Positions 12,630 through 25,399 of a DNA stretch of 64,000 bases are shown here, one piece after another. The notes beneath the pieces were generated by a model. It saw only the letters and a list, made by a program, of their open reading frames with translations, was not told the DNA's origin and searched no databases. The position numbers and the translations under genes were made by a program. Positions within the stretch are counted from its first letter, which is position 1. Every line of letters begins with the position of its first letter. Source of the DNA: Somniosus microcephalus (Eukaryota); contig CM126207.1 of assembly GCA_052327205.1 (NCBI GenBank), positions 201,748,001-201,812,000 on the forward strand. Reading direction: 5' to 3'.

Positions 12630-13185
12630 GAAAGAAAGAAAAAATTAGCATTTATATAGGTTCTTATCACTCCTTAGGATATCTCAATGTGCTTCACAAC
12701 CAATGAATTACTTTTGAGGTGCAGTCACTGTCATTATGCAGGCAAATGTGGCAGCCAGTTTGCACACAAAAGGTCCTACAAACAGTAAATAAGATGAATG
12801 ATCAGTCCAGACATGTATGTGGAGTCTTAACTATGATAATTACTGTATCTCACTTTTGAATGAGTGTTGAAATGTGGCAGCCAGTTTGCATAGAGCAAGC
12901 TCCGACAAACCCCAAATCAGATAAATGGCCAAATAATCTGTTTTGGTGGTGTTCGTTGCAGGTAAATGCTGTCCAGGACACCACTAGTACCGTAGGATCT
13001 TTTACATTCACTTGAACAGGCAGACACAAGCTTAGTTAAACGCCTCATCCAAAACACACTGCCTCCAACAAGGCAGCACTCTTTCAGTACTGCACTGAAG
13101 TGTCAGATGATGTGTTGGAATGGGGCTTAAACTTGCAACCTTCTGAATCTGAGGAGAGACTACAAACCACCTGAGCTAAACTGAC
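12630..13185 (-). mobile_element. SacSINE1/DeuSINE-like SINE with internal duplication
   Basis: Antisense tail (gcatttatatag...), duplicated aatgtggcagccagtttgca segment, Deu core gcagcactctttcagtactgcactgaagtgtcag, head caaccttctga. Confidence 0.7.
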
Positions 13186-16100
13186 GCTCAATCTCAAAGA
13201 GCTAATATCTCTGGTAGCTGGAACACTACATTATTTGGCATTATGCTGTCATTGCTTTAAATTTCAACACATTTATGATGGACATGGCATTTTAAGTTCT
13301 ATTTGGTAAGGTGGACCCCATCCCGTTTCTCTTGTCCTTGAGTCCGAGATGGAGCAGGAGTTCTAGTATCCTAATATGCATATAAAACACTTGTATATTT
13401 AATTGGATGAGACAAAGAATCAGGTAACAAATAATACTTTGGATCAGGCCATTTCAAAACATAGCTTAGTAAAATGGTTGTTTATTCAAGAATGCTGTGA
13501 TTGATAAATCCATGAACCCCGTAATGTATATTGGTTAAAGGGTATCGGATGAACCCCTTTTCAACTCCACATCAAACAATTGGGTTGGGAATTTACTTTG
13601 CGTGTCCAAAGTTTAGCTTGCTTGAACATTACATTATCCAATCTAAAGTACATTAACAGTTACACATGCCAAACTTATTACAGTGGAAGCTCTGCACACC
13701 ACCAAGTAACAACTTCTTGCCAGAGTCATCAAAAACAAAGTCAGACATTGTTTACACTTTATTAACGCATATATGATAACATGATTAATACCCATCTTAA
13801 GCCTAAGCTTTAAGAAGTATGTTAAAGTAAGTTAGCAGATTTTAGCTGAAAGTTTCAATCTTTACAGTCAAGTGTAACTTAAATGTATCATGATGCTTGG
13901 CATCAGTTGGGCTCAACCTACTACAGAGTACAGTTACACTCTTCTATAGTGAGACGCTTCAGTTAGATTCCGTGTAGAGCTAATGTTTTTGGCCAACAAT
14001 TATATTCAGGAATGTTTTAAGTCTAATTCAGTATATCTCTGATAAAATTTTAGCTTGCTTAATATTCCTTGGATTTCATACAACTTTGTCCTTCCAACTC
14101 CGCTGTAGTAGAGTTGGCCACAGCGATTTTATTCCTATTTGGAGACACTGCTGGAGGGGTTAATCAGTTATCTGCTTTTGCCCTGGTTGGTATATCCAAC
14201 CTTGTGTGTACTTACTATCTTTTGGACCATAGTGGAACTCTAATTTCTATCTCTCTTCTGAGATTTGAACTGTTACAGAACTTAATACATTTTAAATGTT
14301 TGACTCTCAGATTAACTTTCTGAATCTTCCAACTTTCACTCAAAATGTTCTTGGCTTAGAAGATCAGCTTCGTAAGCTTGTTTCATTCTTTAACCATCTG
14401 AACCCTTCTCCAAACTTGTCCAAGCCCTGTCAAAAAGCGCAATCTTTTACACACTTAATTTCACAAAGCAAGGCTCTCTTCCCACCTATTCGCTATCTGA
14501 CCAGTCAAGGCGACTCATCCTGTTGCAGAGATTCACTTTAGGTGTCAGTCATTTTAAACCGATGAATGCCAGGGATTTATAATGAGCAAATGTTAGTTAT
14601 TCAGTGGAGACGATGCTTGTTAGTTGGTGAAACTTCTTTACTTTTTCAGTCTTAAATAATGAGCAGTACAGCATCAGATAAAATTTGCTTTCCTTTTGGG
14701 CCACTCCCAGATATTCCTTATTAACCATTGAGCATCACACAAACATCCTTTGAGCTCCAGCCTTTAACTGAAGACAGTCGGTGGTTGTAAGAGTCCTTTG
14801 TTCTAAGAGTGCTGTCTGAGCTTCCCAGAGTTCTTGGTATTAAACCCTCTGCAATTCCCAGAATTCAGTAGGGTGGCTTGAAACACGGTTCTTTCAGCCA
14901 CTTTTCCTACAGTTAATTATAGTCCATGTTACTGCTAACTAGCAGCAAGAAAAAAATTCAAGAGGAGAAGTTGCCACAATGTGCCATATTTTCAAATGTA
15001 CTAATTAGGGTATGTGGATGGGGAATGAACGAAGAAACCAACTACCAACCGTGTGCACTTGTTCTTCACATCAGTGTAGCAGTTTTTTCCCGGTGATACT
15101 CGTGTGGGCCAGGGAGGGGGTTGGCAAGAATCAAATGGCCTGATAGTATTGTACAGGATACGAAAGCGTGTCCTCCTTTAAGGCTTTATGTGCTATTTAT
15201 GTATACAAGTTGTTGCTATCTGAGAGTAGAACTTAACTTGAAGACTGAAGATGACTTTGCATAGGACGTTTTCTTAAATACCAGAAAAGCCTGTTGCATA
15301 TGCATACTTTTTTGCTTCTATGTAACCATGTGTCAAAGGCTTATAAAGTGAGGTCTCATTTTATTATCTCCTTCCTGATTTGTTAATTAAATATGCTGCT
15401 GGGCTGCACTGATAACAAATTGGAAGAGCCCAAACATAACATTTTGAGGACAACACTTTTTTTTAAAGTACAAAAAGCTGAAGGTTCCAAAACCATTTAA
15501 AATTATCACTCCTATCCAGGGCTTCTTTCCTTCTACAGGCCATTTAACAAATCATGTAAATTATTTTCCATCATACAGCTTTACAATGTGTACCTGGAGC
15601 AAGGAATAGCTTGCTCAAGTCTCTGCAGGTAGGCTGATTATTCTTCTCGCTCTTCTCCAGTGTACTTAGTTCTGTGAAGAATGAATAAATCAGTTTCTTA
15701 TCCGGACAGTTCTCTTGCATTCGATTAGTTCCACTGAGTTCCTGGGGTGCATTAGTTTCTGATATTTTTCCCTTGCATGTTTAAAATTTTATGACAAACT
15801 GGCTCCCTATCTCAGCATGAATACCGTATATCCCCCTCAAATCTAGCCCAGCAAATCTTGTCTACTGTCGGTCATTACAGACAAAATCCCTTTTTATAGT
15901 AACTTTTATATATGGGTAGAATAATTGCAGAGTGCAGCTAGAGATGACGGCAGCAAGGACAGATGTTTCACAACCTTAACTTAAGTGGTCCCTGTGATCA
16001 CAAAGACTTGATGAAATTGTACCGAGGACTCAACAGGCAAGTCACAGATTTCCCATTGCGGAAGGTATGCTCCAGCAGACGTGATTCAGCGACTGCTGGT

Positions 16101-17709
16101 TGCATTCAGACCACTGAAACTGAAGCACAAGGTATGACTGTGGCCGCACCTTCTGCAGTGGTTCCAACAGCTGTGTCTACATTTGAACAAAGTTGCAAAT
16201 AATCATGCTATCAAGGTGAGAGTTCCAGGAGAAGTGAAGTGGTGTGTGCAGCATTGCCCCTGGTGTTCTATAGAACTGCTAGATTAGTACTGTTGAGATA
16301 TGCAATAATTAATCATACTCTTGGCATAAGCATTGAGGCCTGGCTTAAATTCTAGTAAATCCTGTGGTGCTGGTCCAGTTATAGTATTTTTAACAGCCTG
16401 GCCAGAATGCATCCACATTGTAGATGGTGGAGTAGGCCACCTTCATCAGGTTCACTGATCTGCCTAGCTTTGAACTCTATAGTGAAACCCATCTGTGCGT
16501 CCTGAGGTCAGTATCTGCCAAGCAGGGATACAGTATTTCATCTCTTGCTGGATACGTAGTTTGTAGCACTGCCACTTTACTGCTAAATAAGGCTGAGCTT
16601 CAATAAGCATTCTATAGCTTCTACTAGAGTAGATCAGATGTGTTCACCAAACCAAGAACTTTCTTGTGATGGAATTATTTTTCAACTGGGAAACCAAAAA
16701 TGAGGGCCAAGGTCCAGAGTAAAGACACCACAAGGCTGAAAAGAATAAAAAGGATGAAGTAACTAGGGAGTAGTTATTCGCTAAAAGTAAGCTTGGAATT
16801 AAAGTTCTGAATATTGTAGGAGGAAGGGCAGACAAGGAGTTTGCGTTCTGAGTTCCTCGGATGAAATGTGCTCTCGTAGGAAATTGTAGAGGTTTGATTT
16901 TGACACAATGAAGATGCAGCAAAGTCGAAGAGTATGTATAATAATGTATTTTATACCTAGAAGGAATGAGAGTGAAGTCCAGAGGAATCATGTGGGTAAA
17001 ATAGAGATTCAAGAAAGTTTTGCAATGGGGAGTAAGGTGAGCAGGTGATCGCACCTTAGGACAAATTTTTTCTTGTATCCTGTCTAGAGAGGTGTTAGTC
17101 TCTCCAGATGTGGGAACAGAATTCAATTCTTAGACTGACTTGGACTGTATAATAGGTAGGAGGGGAAATAGTGTTTGGTATGAAAAAGGAAACAAAGCTT
17201 CCTGTTTGCAGTTTTAGTAATAAGAGATGTAAGAATTGCATTTGAGGTCAGAGAAGATATGCTAAAAATGTCATTAGGTAAAAAAGGACTAAGGTGGAGC
17301 CTTTAAAGGCAAAATATGGTGCTTGCTGTGGACTCCTGAGAGACGTGAACTAACTATCTAAGAATTACAAAACCATATTTTCATGGAGGACATCAAGATG
17401 TAGCGATTCAGCCATTGCACTCCTTGAGGACTGAAGGTGGTATACTGAGCAAGAGCCATTTGAAGAAATTGACAATTTAGAGTGGAATCAACATGAACAA
17501 TAGACAATTCACCAAAGTGCTAAAGGTCAAAGTTCTATAGTTGTATACCATAAGCAGCAGTGAAGCCTCCTTCTCATCGACCCCTCCCTCTCGCCCACCC
17601 GCCCCCTCATTGTTTTTCTCGCATTTCTACTTGTTAATTAAACTTAACTGTTTCTCTCTCTTTCCATTGTCTATTCAGTTCCAAAATCGTGTCTGTTGCA
17701 ATTTTTTTC

Positions 17710-19210
17710 TTATTCATTCACGGGATGTGGGTGTCGCTGGGAAGCAATGTTCTCACTGAGGTGCACACATGCAGGCCGTGCGGGCTGCTCACCGGCTTTT
17801 ACATTGTAAATACCGCACACACGCAGAAATTTAAAGGGACCGCACATTAAAAGAAACAGGCTGCGCAGAACAATGCGCAGCTTACAGGGAACATTGCTGG
17901 CAAGGCCAAAATTTATTGCCCATCCCTAATTGCCCTTGAGAAGGTGGTGGCGGTGAGCCGCTGCCGTCCGTGTGGTGAAGGTATGCCCACAGTGCTGTTG
18001 GGGAAGGAGTTTGACCCTGTGATGGTGAAGAAACGGCGATATATTTCCAAGTCAGGATGGTGTGTGACTTGGAGGTGGTGGTGTTCCATGCGCCTGCTGT
18101 CCTTGTCCTTCTAGGTGGTAGAGGTTGCGGGTTTGGGAGCTGCTGGTGAAGAAGTCTTGGTGAGTTGCTGTAGTGCATCTTGTAGATGATGTACACTGCA
18201 GCCAGGGTGCGAGGTAGTGGAGGGAGTGAATGCTTAAGGTGGTGGAGGATGGGATGCCAATCAAGCGGGCTGCTTTGTCCTGGATGGTGCCAAGCTTCTT
18301 GTGGTGTTGGAGCTACACTCATCGAGGCAAGTGGAGAGTATTCCATCACACTCCTGACTTGTGCCTTGTAGATGGTGGAAAAGCTTTGGGGAGTCAGGAG
18401 GTGAGTCACTCGCTGCAGAATACCCAGCTTTTGACCTGCTCTTGTAGCCACAGTGGCTGGTCCAGTTAAGTTTCTGGTCTATGGCGACCCCAGGATGTTA
18501 GTGGGGGATTTGACACTGGTAATGCCGTTGAAGGTCAAGGGGCGGTGGTTAGACTGTCTCTGGTTGGCGATGGTCATTGCCTGGCACTTGTGTGGCGCGA
18601 ATGTTAGTTGCCACTTAATCAGCCCAAACCTGAATGTTGCCCAGGTCTTGCTGCATGTGGGCATGGACTGTTTCATTATCTGAGGAGTTGTGAATGGAAC
18701 TGAATACTGCAACTGAATATTGCAATCACCTTCTGGTGGAGGGAAGTTCATCGATGAAGCAGCTGAAGGTGATTGCGCTGAGGGCACTGCCTGAGGAACC
18801 CCTGCAGTGATGTCCTGGGCCTGAGATGATTGGCCTCCCAACAACCACAACCTTTGTTGCTAGGTATGACTCCAGCCAGTGGAGAGTTTTCCCCCCGATT
18901 CCCACTGACTTCAATTTTACTAGGGCGCCTTGATTTCACACACTGTCAAATACCTTGATGTCAATGGCAGTCAATCTCACCTCACCTCCTGGAATTCAGC
19001 ACTTTTGTCCATGTTTGGACCAAGGCTGTAATGAGGTCTTGAGCTGAGTGGTCTGGCAGAACCAAAATTGAACTTCGGTGAGTAGGTTATAGGTGAGTAA
19101 GTACCGCTTGATAGCTTTGTCAACGAAACCTTCCATCACTTTGCTGATGATTGGGAGTAGACTGATGGGGCGGTAATTGGCCAGATTGGATTTGTCCTGC
19201 TTTTTGTGAA
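17710..19210 (-). mobile_element. CR1-clade LINE family A fragment (RT and 3'UTR)
   Basis: Minus ORFs with NYRPISLL, AGVPQ and YKAQVRSVMEYS; antisense tail gggatgtgggtgtcgctgg. Confidence 0.9.
17745..17896. mobile_element. 152-bp hAT MITE inserted in the LINE A 3' tail
   Basis: Termini CAATGTTC...GAACATTG; 8-bp TSD ctgggaag/ctggcaag; excision restores the LINE tail. Confidence 0.8.
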
Positions 19211-20957
19211 GCACGTCCTCATTGGTGTCTGATTAGCTAAACATGAGTTTTAAGTCTGGTTTTTTGCCTTTATTGTCCTAAATTCTCCTTCTGGGTTGCC
19301 TCAAATCATCTAAAGCTTGGACATTGTCAGAATAGCTTACAAAACCTAAGGTAGTGCCACCTGATGTTGTTACAGTTCTCTTTCATTGTTAATGAAGCAT
19401 AAGCGGAAAGTAATTATAAAGCCTCGATTTTAATGCAACTGGAGAATGGCTAAAATGAACGAAAAGACCGGCAAAAAAAAAACTGGAGACCCTAGTTATA
19501 AATCAGTGGTGCTCAAGGGTTAAATTGTGGGGGAAATGCAACTATCTTAATGTCCAATTTAAGTAAGTCCAAGCAATTGCTAATGGGTATTGCAGTGTCA
19601 GTACTGCACACACGTGTGTACTATTACATTAGCTGCTGTTAAAAACTGTGCTCTAATAGTCACTCACTTCCTGTGATAATGGCCACACTGATACTCCAAG
19701 GCTTCATTAGCAACTAAAGACATGATAGCTTTATTGCATATCCTGCAATAGCTTTGTCTCGGTTTAGCTATTCACCTAATCACAATACGCATAAATTGGA
19801 TGCTGGAATGCTACTTTCTATTAATTATTTCTTGTTCATATTTGAAGATTGCATTGCTGCGAGGAGTTCCGATATGGCAATAAGTGTATTGCCTCTCGGC
19901 TACCTTGATTTTGAACTTAATCCCATTCTGAATCTTTTACTCCTTTCCCATCCTTCAATAGAAAGAATATACTGTGGCATTTCAATTTTCATTTTTGTGC
20001 GGTGGGCTAAGTTTATTCCACTTGAAATTAGAGTTTGTTATCCTTAAAACAATTAATGAGAAAACCTTCCTTCATTTGTTTTAAATAATTGTAATTATTT
20101 GAGTATTTATTCTACTTAATTGATATGCTGCATATATACAAATTAAGCAAATATTTGAATGCCTGTTATACACTTAGCTTCTTTGCAAAATGACTTAGCA
20201 GGTACATATATTTGCATAAGTGAGAAACAGAACTGTGTGTGATATCTTTACAGAACTAGGAAAGCAGCCTACACACTGCAAATGTAAAACAAAAATGGTA
20301 GAGGTCACACAGGGAAGATCTGTGGCAAATCATTTGTATCCCATGACTGGGATGACCTGATAAGTCTTGAGAGACAAAGTTGAGATTAAATTATGGTTAG
20401 TGCCATAAGTGGAATATTAATCTTATTTCATGGTCCCTAATCATATATTTTGCACACACCATATGTTTAGTAAGTATAATTTTAGTTTTAAGAATAATAT
20501 GGGAATATTATTTCTAAATTTCAACTGTACTGTGTAGTTTATGATTTTGCTGAAGTATTTGGAACCATTTTTACAGTGCTGGCTGTTAGTTATTTGTGTT
20601 GCACATGGAGGACACGAGCAGTAGGATACTGTTTCTATCCCACAGGTGGGCTGACCTGAGTTATGCGAATTGCAGGCTTCAGGAGGTCATAATAAATAGC
20701 TGTATTATGAGTAGATTTAAAAAGCAGCATCAGGATAATTGAGTAACCACCGGGGTTGCAGTTGCAACTTATCCTGTCAAAAAATAGTGTGCTATGGAAA
20801 ACAAGTCAACTAATGTGTTTGTAATCTGAGGAACACTTGTGGAAATAAGTGGATTGGACACGAGGAGGAACAAAATAGTTTGATTAGGGGAACCATTTCA
20901 ACATTTGCAAATACACGCAATGAGAGAATTCTGATAAACATGGAATGAAAAGACTTT

Positions 20958-21699
20958 GGCCTGGAATTTGCGATCAGTGGCGAATCGATGTTGATCGCTG
21001 CTGACATCGAAGAACGCTGCCCGCAAAGATCTAGCGATCTCTGTGGCATCAATTTCAGCTCTCCCAACCTTTGTTTGAATCTGGGGTGAAATCAAGCGAA
21101 TCACCAACAGTGATGTCATCAAGCTGGCTAAGCAGCTAATCACATTGAAGAATTCTCCACAGATAACAAACCAGGAACTAAAATGCACAGATTATAATTT
21201 ACTTTTCATAAATTTTACAGAGAGCGAAATAAAGATTGGGACATACACATACGATTAAGGTAGAAGCTGAACTATCAACTTTAAAAAAAAATTACTATAT
21301 TAAAAACTTGTAATTCTTAATCATATTAATGGAAAAAATTGACATTCCACAATATAAAATTAGTTTTTCAGGGCCAGAACGGTTGTTCAGCAATCAGTAT
21401 GCCGTTAAAAACCCAGTCACAGCTCTTTAAATAAAAACCCCGTAAACATTCAATCTTAACAGCGATATGCCATTGTAAAAAGGGACGTTTTCATCAGTTC
21501 ACGTGATTTGAATTGATTGCCGGCTCTGGGGAGTTCCACGGTGCAACCTGTGGTGAAGCAGGGAATGACTGACCACAACTTCAAGATTTCCATGTTCATC
21601 TGCACACACGCTAAATCCTGATATTGTGGTCAGTTCCAGAGGGCTAATGACGGCGAACGCTGACAGTTTCGTCATCATTACCACCGCAAAATCCGGGTC
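20958..21699. mobile_element. Probable Harbinger-type non-autonomous element
   Basis: Termini ggcctggaatttgcg...cgcaaaatccgggtc (imperfect TIR), TTT on both flanks, CpG-enriched ends. Confidence 0.5.
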
Positions 21700-21799
21700 T
21701 TTGTTAGGATTTGAGTTACACTGATGCAATCCCTGAAAATTAATGTTCCGTGCATTCACTTATCAAATACTATACTGAGTATGGAATGGCACTTGTGTA

Positions 21800-22125
21800 A
21801 ATGTAAAGGCAGTCTTCAGTGCTAGCATCAAGCACTTCAGGTCAGAAAAGCTCCCTTCACTTCATCCCAACAGTGTGTCTGACCCCAAACACAGAGCGCT
21901 CCACTACACCAGTGTAATATTGTTTCCATTTCTCATACCAACCATCCTGTGGCTTTTGTCTGAGATTGCCAACCAGTGCTGAGTTAGACTATTGTGTTCT
22001 GGGTCCCAGCCTACAAGGAACTGGACTGAGAGTGCCTAAACTCAATTCACGTAGGACCCTTCTAGCAGCAGACAGGAGATTTTTATCACATCAGCTTGGG
22101 CTGGTTTTGAAGTGAAAGGCCAACT
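21800..22125 (-). mobile_element. LF-SINE-like element
   Basis: Collinear blocks ctgagattgccaac, aggaactggactgaga, aactcaattcacgtagg, ttgggctggttttgaa and gtgaaaggc match the remembered antisense LF-SINE consensus. Confidence 0.6.
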
Positions 22126-23742
22126 AATAGTTTAATCTATTGAAATGTATTTTAGTTTGGGTATAGTTTTATATCAGTAAGAGTTCTCCTGCAAATATAT
22201 TTTGTTCCAAATAGTTAGGAAGAAAACAAAGATGATCAACTGATACTGGCAGGACATGTACACTGTGAAAGGGATTGTGGCTTACAAGTTTTAAGAGTGA
22301 GAAGCAGCAGTGACTTTTGTTAAAACTTTTGATCGCTCCTCTGACTCCGCATTGGTTTGTCCTCACACTATTGTGAAGTGCCTTGGGGCATTTTTCTACG
22401 CTAAAGGTATATAAATGCAATTTGTTGAATGATTCTTAATGTTTTTACTGTACACATCACTTCATGTATCTCTCATTTATCTGATTTTTGGGGGGGGGGG
22501 GGGGTGAAATCCCTAAGAGTTCACTTTATAATACTTCATGCAATTTCATGTTGCTTTGATTTTTTTTAATGTTTTTTTCTTAAGTTTAACTCAACAAATT
22601 CTTTGCAAAAGCCAGCCAGTAAAGTCTGTATGCTGATTTTAGTGTGCAATGTATATAATTTATATTTTAATTTCTGGAATTTAGAAATCTGAAGTCAGAA
22701 CTTGGTAAGCAATAATTTTGTTGCTGATAAGACATTAGTCCTGCACATTTGCACATTTTTACATTTCTGAACTTTAAGACACTGTTTATAGTAAAGTTTC
22801 TATAGTGCCGGTACCTTTTGAACTGGCTGATTTTTTTTCTCTGTTAAATGAATTACCACAGACTTGCATGCTGACCACCATTATTGGTGGTCTGAGCTGG
22901 CTTTTTTTTGTATGCAGAAATTTTTAGTTTGCAAGTTGGAGATTTTTGGGAATTACTGCTATTTTAGCAAAATGAATCTTGCTAATTCAGCGCTATCTGC
23001 GGTTTGCTTGGAACTGATGAAGGTGCACTTGGTGCATCTCCTCTACTGTGCCGTTGGTCTTAAATGGTACATTAGTTTGCACAAAGCAAACTTCTATCTG
23101 CCACTAAGAACCTGTGGAATTGTATTGCAGTTTCTTTTATTGAGGTGGGAGAGTGCCGGATGTAGGGAAATGCTGTATTTTTAATTAAAAAAAGCAGCTC
23201 CTGTTTCTATTGGCTGAAGAGACTATCAGAATGGAGAATTTACTGTGGGATAGTTCAGGTTGTCCTCATTTTATAAATGCTGTCAGTGGTATATTTATAA
23301 CATGGAACTGCTTCCACCTGCTATATTTATAATGTGGTACTGTTTCCAGTGTGCCAATGAAGGATGGATTTAGAGCAGCAATATCACTGGAGAAGCTGCA
23401 AGTCCACAATTTTAAGGATGCTCAGCTGCTCAAAAGCTGTATTTGGGATTTTGTTTCTGGCTGCAGATCTTATCAATCCTCAGGTGAGGTCCTTATAAGG
23501 CAGCAATGTAAACAGCTCGTCTTTGGCTTTAAGTTGAGGCTGAGAGTTTGGTTTACGTGGGGTGAGAAAATGCCGGCCTGTAGTGCCCAGCAACAGAGGC
23601 TGTGATTTCTGTTTGTCTCTGGAAGCTCTTGGAAACTTGGTTATTGAAGTAGGTCTCTATGCCTCCAGAGGCACCTATCCTGCCTTGTTTATATCATAGC
23701 ACTTCTGGAGGCAATGCCACATGAAGTGGCTAATCAGTTATA

Positions 23743-24074
23743 CAGGAAACGTTATATCCGGCACCGACGGGACCGAGCTGTTGCCGATCTATCCAAACTG
23801 CCGGACATACAAAGTTAATGTTGAAGCATACGGAGATTTTCATCTCCGTATCTGACAACAAACACTGTTGCTTAGCAACAGCTTCAAACAGTCGCCCGTA
23901 CCTTGGAAGCGTCTCTGTAGCTTAGCAACAGCTTCAGAGAGACTTTCCAAAGCCTGACTGTTGGGGGGAAAAAAAGCCACGAGAAGAAAAACAACCTAAC
24001 AGAACGGCTCCTGATTTCTGCCGGTAGATCGAGGTTTCCGGACATACAACCTCCGGATAAACCAAAGTCTCCTG
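23743..24074. mobile_element. Tigger-like MITE family A, copy 2
   Basis: TA|CAGGAAAC...GTCTCCTG|TA; long shared internal blocks with copy 1. Confidence 0.85.
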
Positions 24075-24559
24075 TACTAGAGTCTGTGTAAATGTTGGCT
24101 GTATGAAAATGCAAATGCCAAGTCTAGTGCCAAGACCAAATTCTACATAATGCATAATTCCCTTTATTATTTAAAAGACTATAATTGCAATTCTCCATGA
24201 AATAAAATTTTCATTAATAATTATTGCAAAAAGGAGAAAACCAAATTGATGAGGTAAAACAGTGTGATCTCAGCACGCAGCACATATGTGGCACTTCCGA
24301 GGTTCATTGAATTTATTTGCTATTGGATCCCGACGGTGTAAAGTCATTATTAGTGTTATCACAAGGGTAGACTCAGTTCGGAACTATCTTAGTTTAAAAA
24401 AAAATGTAATATGAATGTTTCAAGCATTTGTCAGGTGTTGACTGAAGTATATTGCATGACCTCCTTGTGGAATAAACCGTGTTCCTATTGTGTATTTCAA
24501 CTGCTTTTCCCCATCCTTAAAGGAAAAGAAACATGGAGAGTTTTAAAGAGGGCGCGGTG

Positions 24560-24905
24560 CTCTCCAAAGGACTAGTGGGTAATTGCACCCCAGAATGCTG
24601 TACTGCATCATACATGGTAAACCAGGTAAATCCCAGATTCATTCCTTGCTCTGTGCTGAGTTAGCAGATATCCGGCAAGGCAATGTTGGCGTGGTATAAT
24701 TGGCCTCACTGTCTGTGATCTAGGGACGTTAAAATTGATCAGGGTTTTCCCCTCCTGGCAGTTAGAGTGGTCCCTGAAGGAAATGTACTTGTGTAATTAT
24801 CAAATGAGGACGGGATCAAATTTGGCTGTGGTACCCTCTTCTCTCATGATGAACAATGGCCACTTGGCTGAATTATTGGTAGACTGTGAGGGCCAGTGGA
24901 ACTGT
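24560..24905 (+). mobile_element. AmnSINE2-like ancient SINE
   Basis: tctgtgctgagttagcagat...aattggcctca...gaacaatggccacttgg...gtggaactgtat, homologous to 61322-61660. Confidence 0.55.
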
Positions 24906-25399
24906 ATACGTAAATAAAAAGCAAAACACTTTAAATGCTGAAAACACTCGGCAGCTGTCAACACCCGTGGCGGGAGCAGACAAGTAAACATTTTAGGTGA
25001 ACCTTTGGTGATTGGAATGGGAACCCTCCATTGGAACACAGCCAGTCTGCACCCTTGGTGTCTACCTGGTATTTTCCTTAGGCTACTGGATTCTGTTCCA
25101 CTTGTCAGCCCATGTTTCCATTTCAGACGTGCCTTATCTCCACGCCCCCCCCCCCCCCCACCAACCCCCGCAAAACTAGCTCAGCTATTTGTTGTTTTCC
25201 TGTGTCCCTTAAATGACTTTAATTTTACTTATTATGCTTCTCCTACCATTTCATGTTAGTATCACTTCAGCCATTTAACCAACTCATTTTACTTTTAAGC
25301 ACTTTACAGGTCATTTTAATTCTCGTGTTTTATTTCTCCTCCCTTTTTGTTCTATTCCTTTTTAAATGCTACTCTTCTGTAATTGTTTCTGCAGTTCAT

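Noticed and set aside
13496-15070. TGTGA...TCACA-bounded segment as a possible LTR
   Set aside because: Only 5 bp of inverted match, no TSD and no second copy.
15940-17510. Possibly decayed retroelement (ORFs 15963+, 16644-)
   Set aside because: No recognisable protein motif or termini; cannot be supported.
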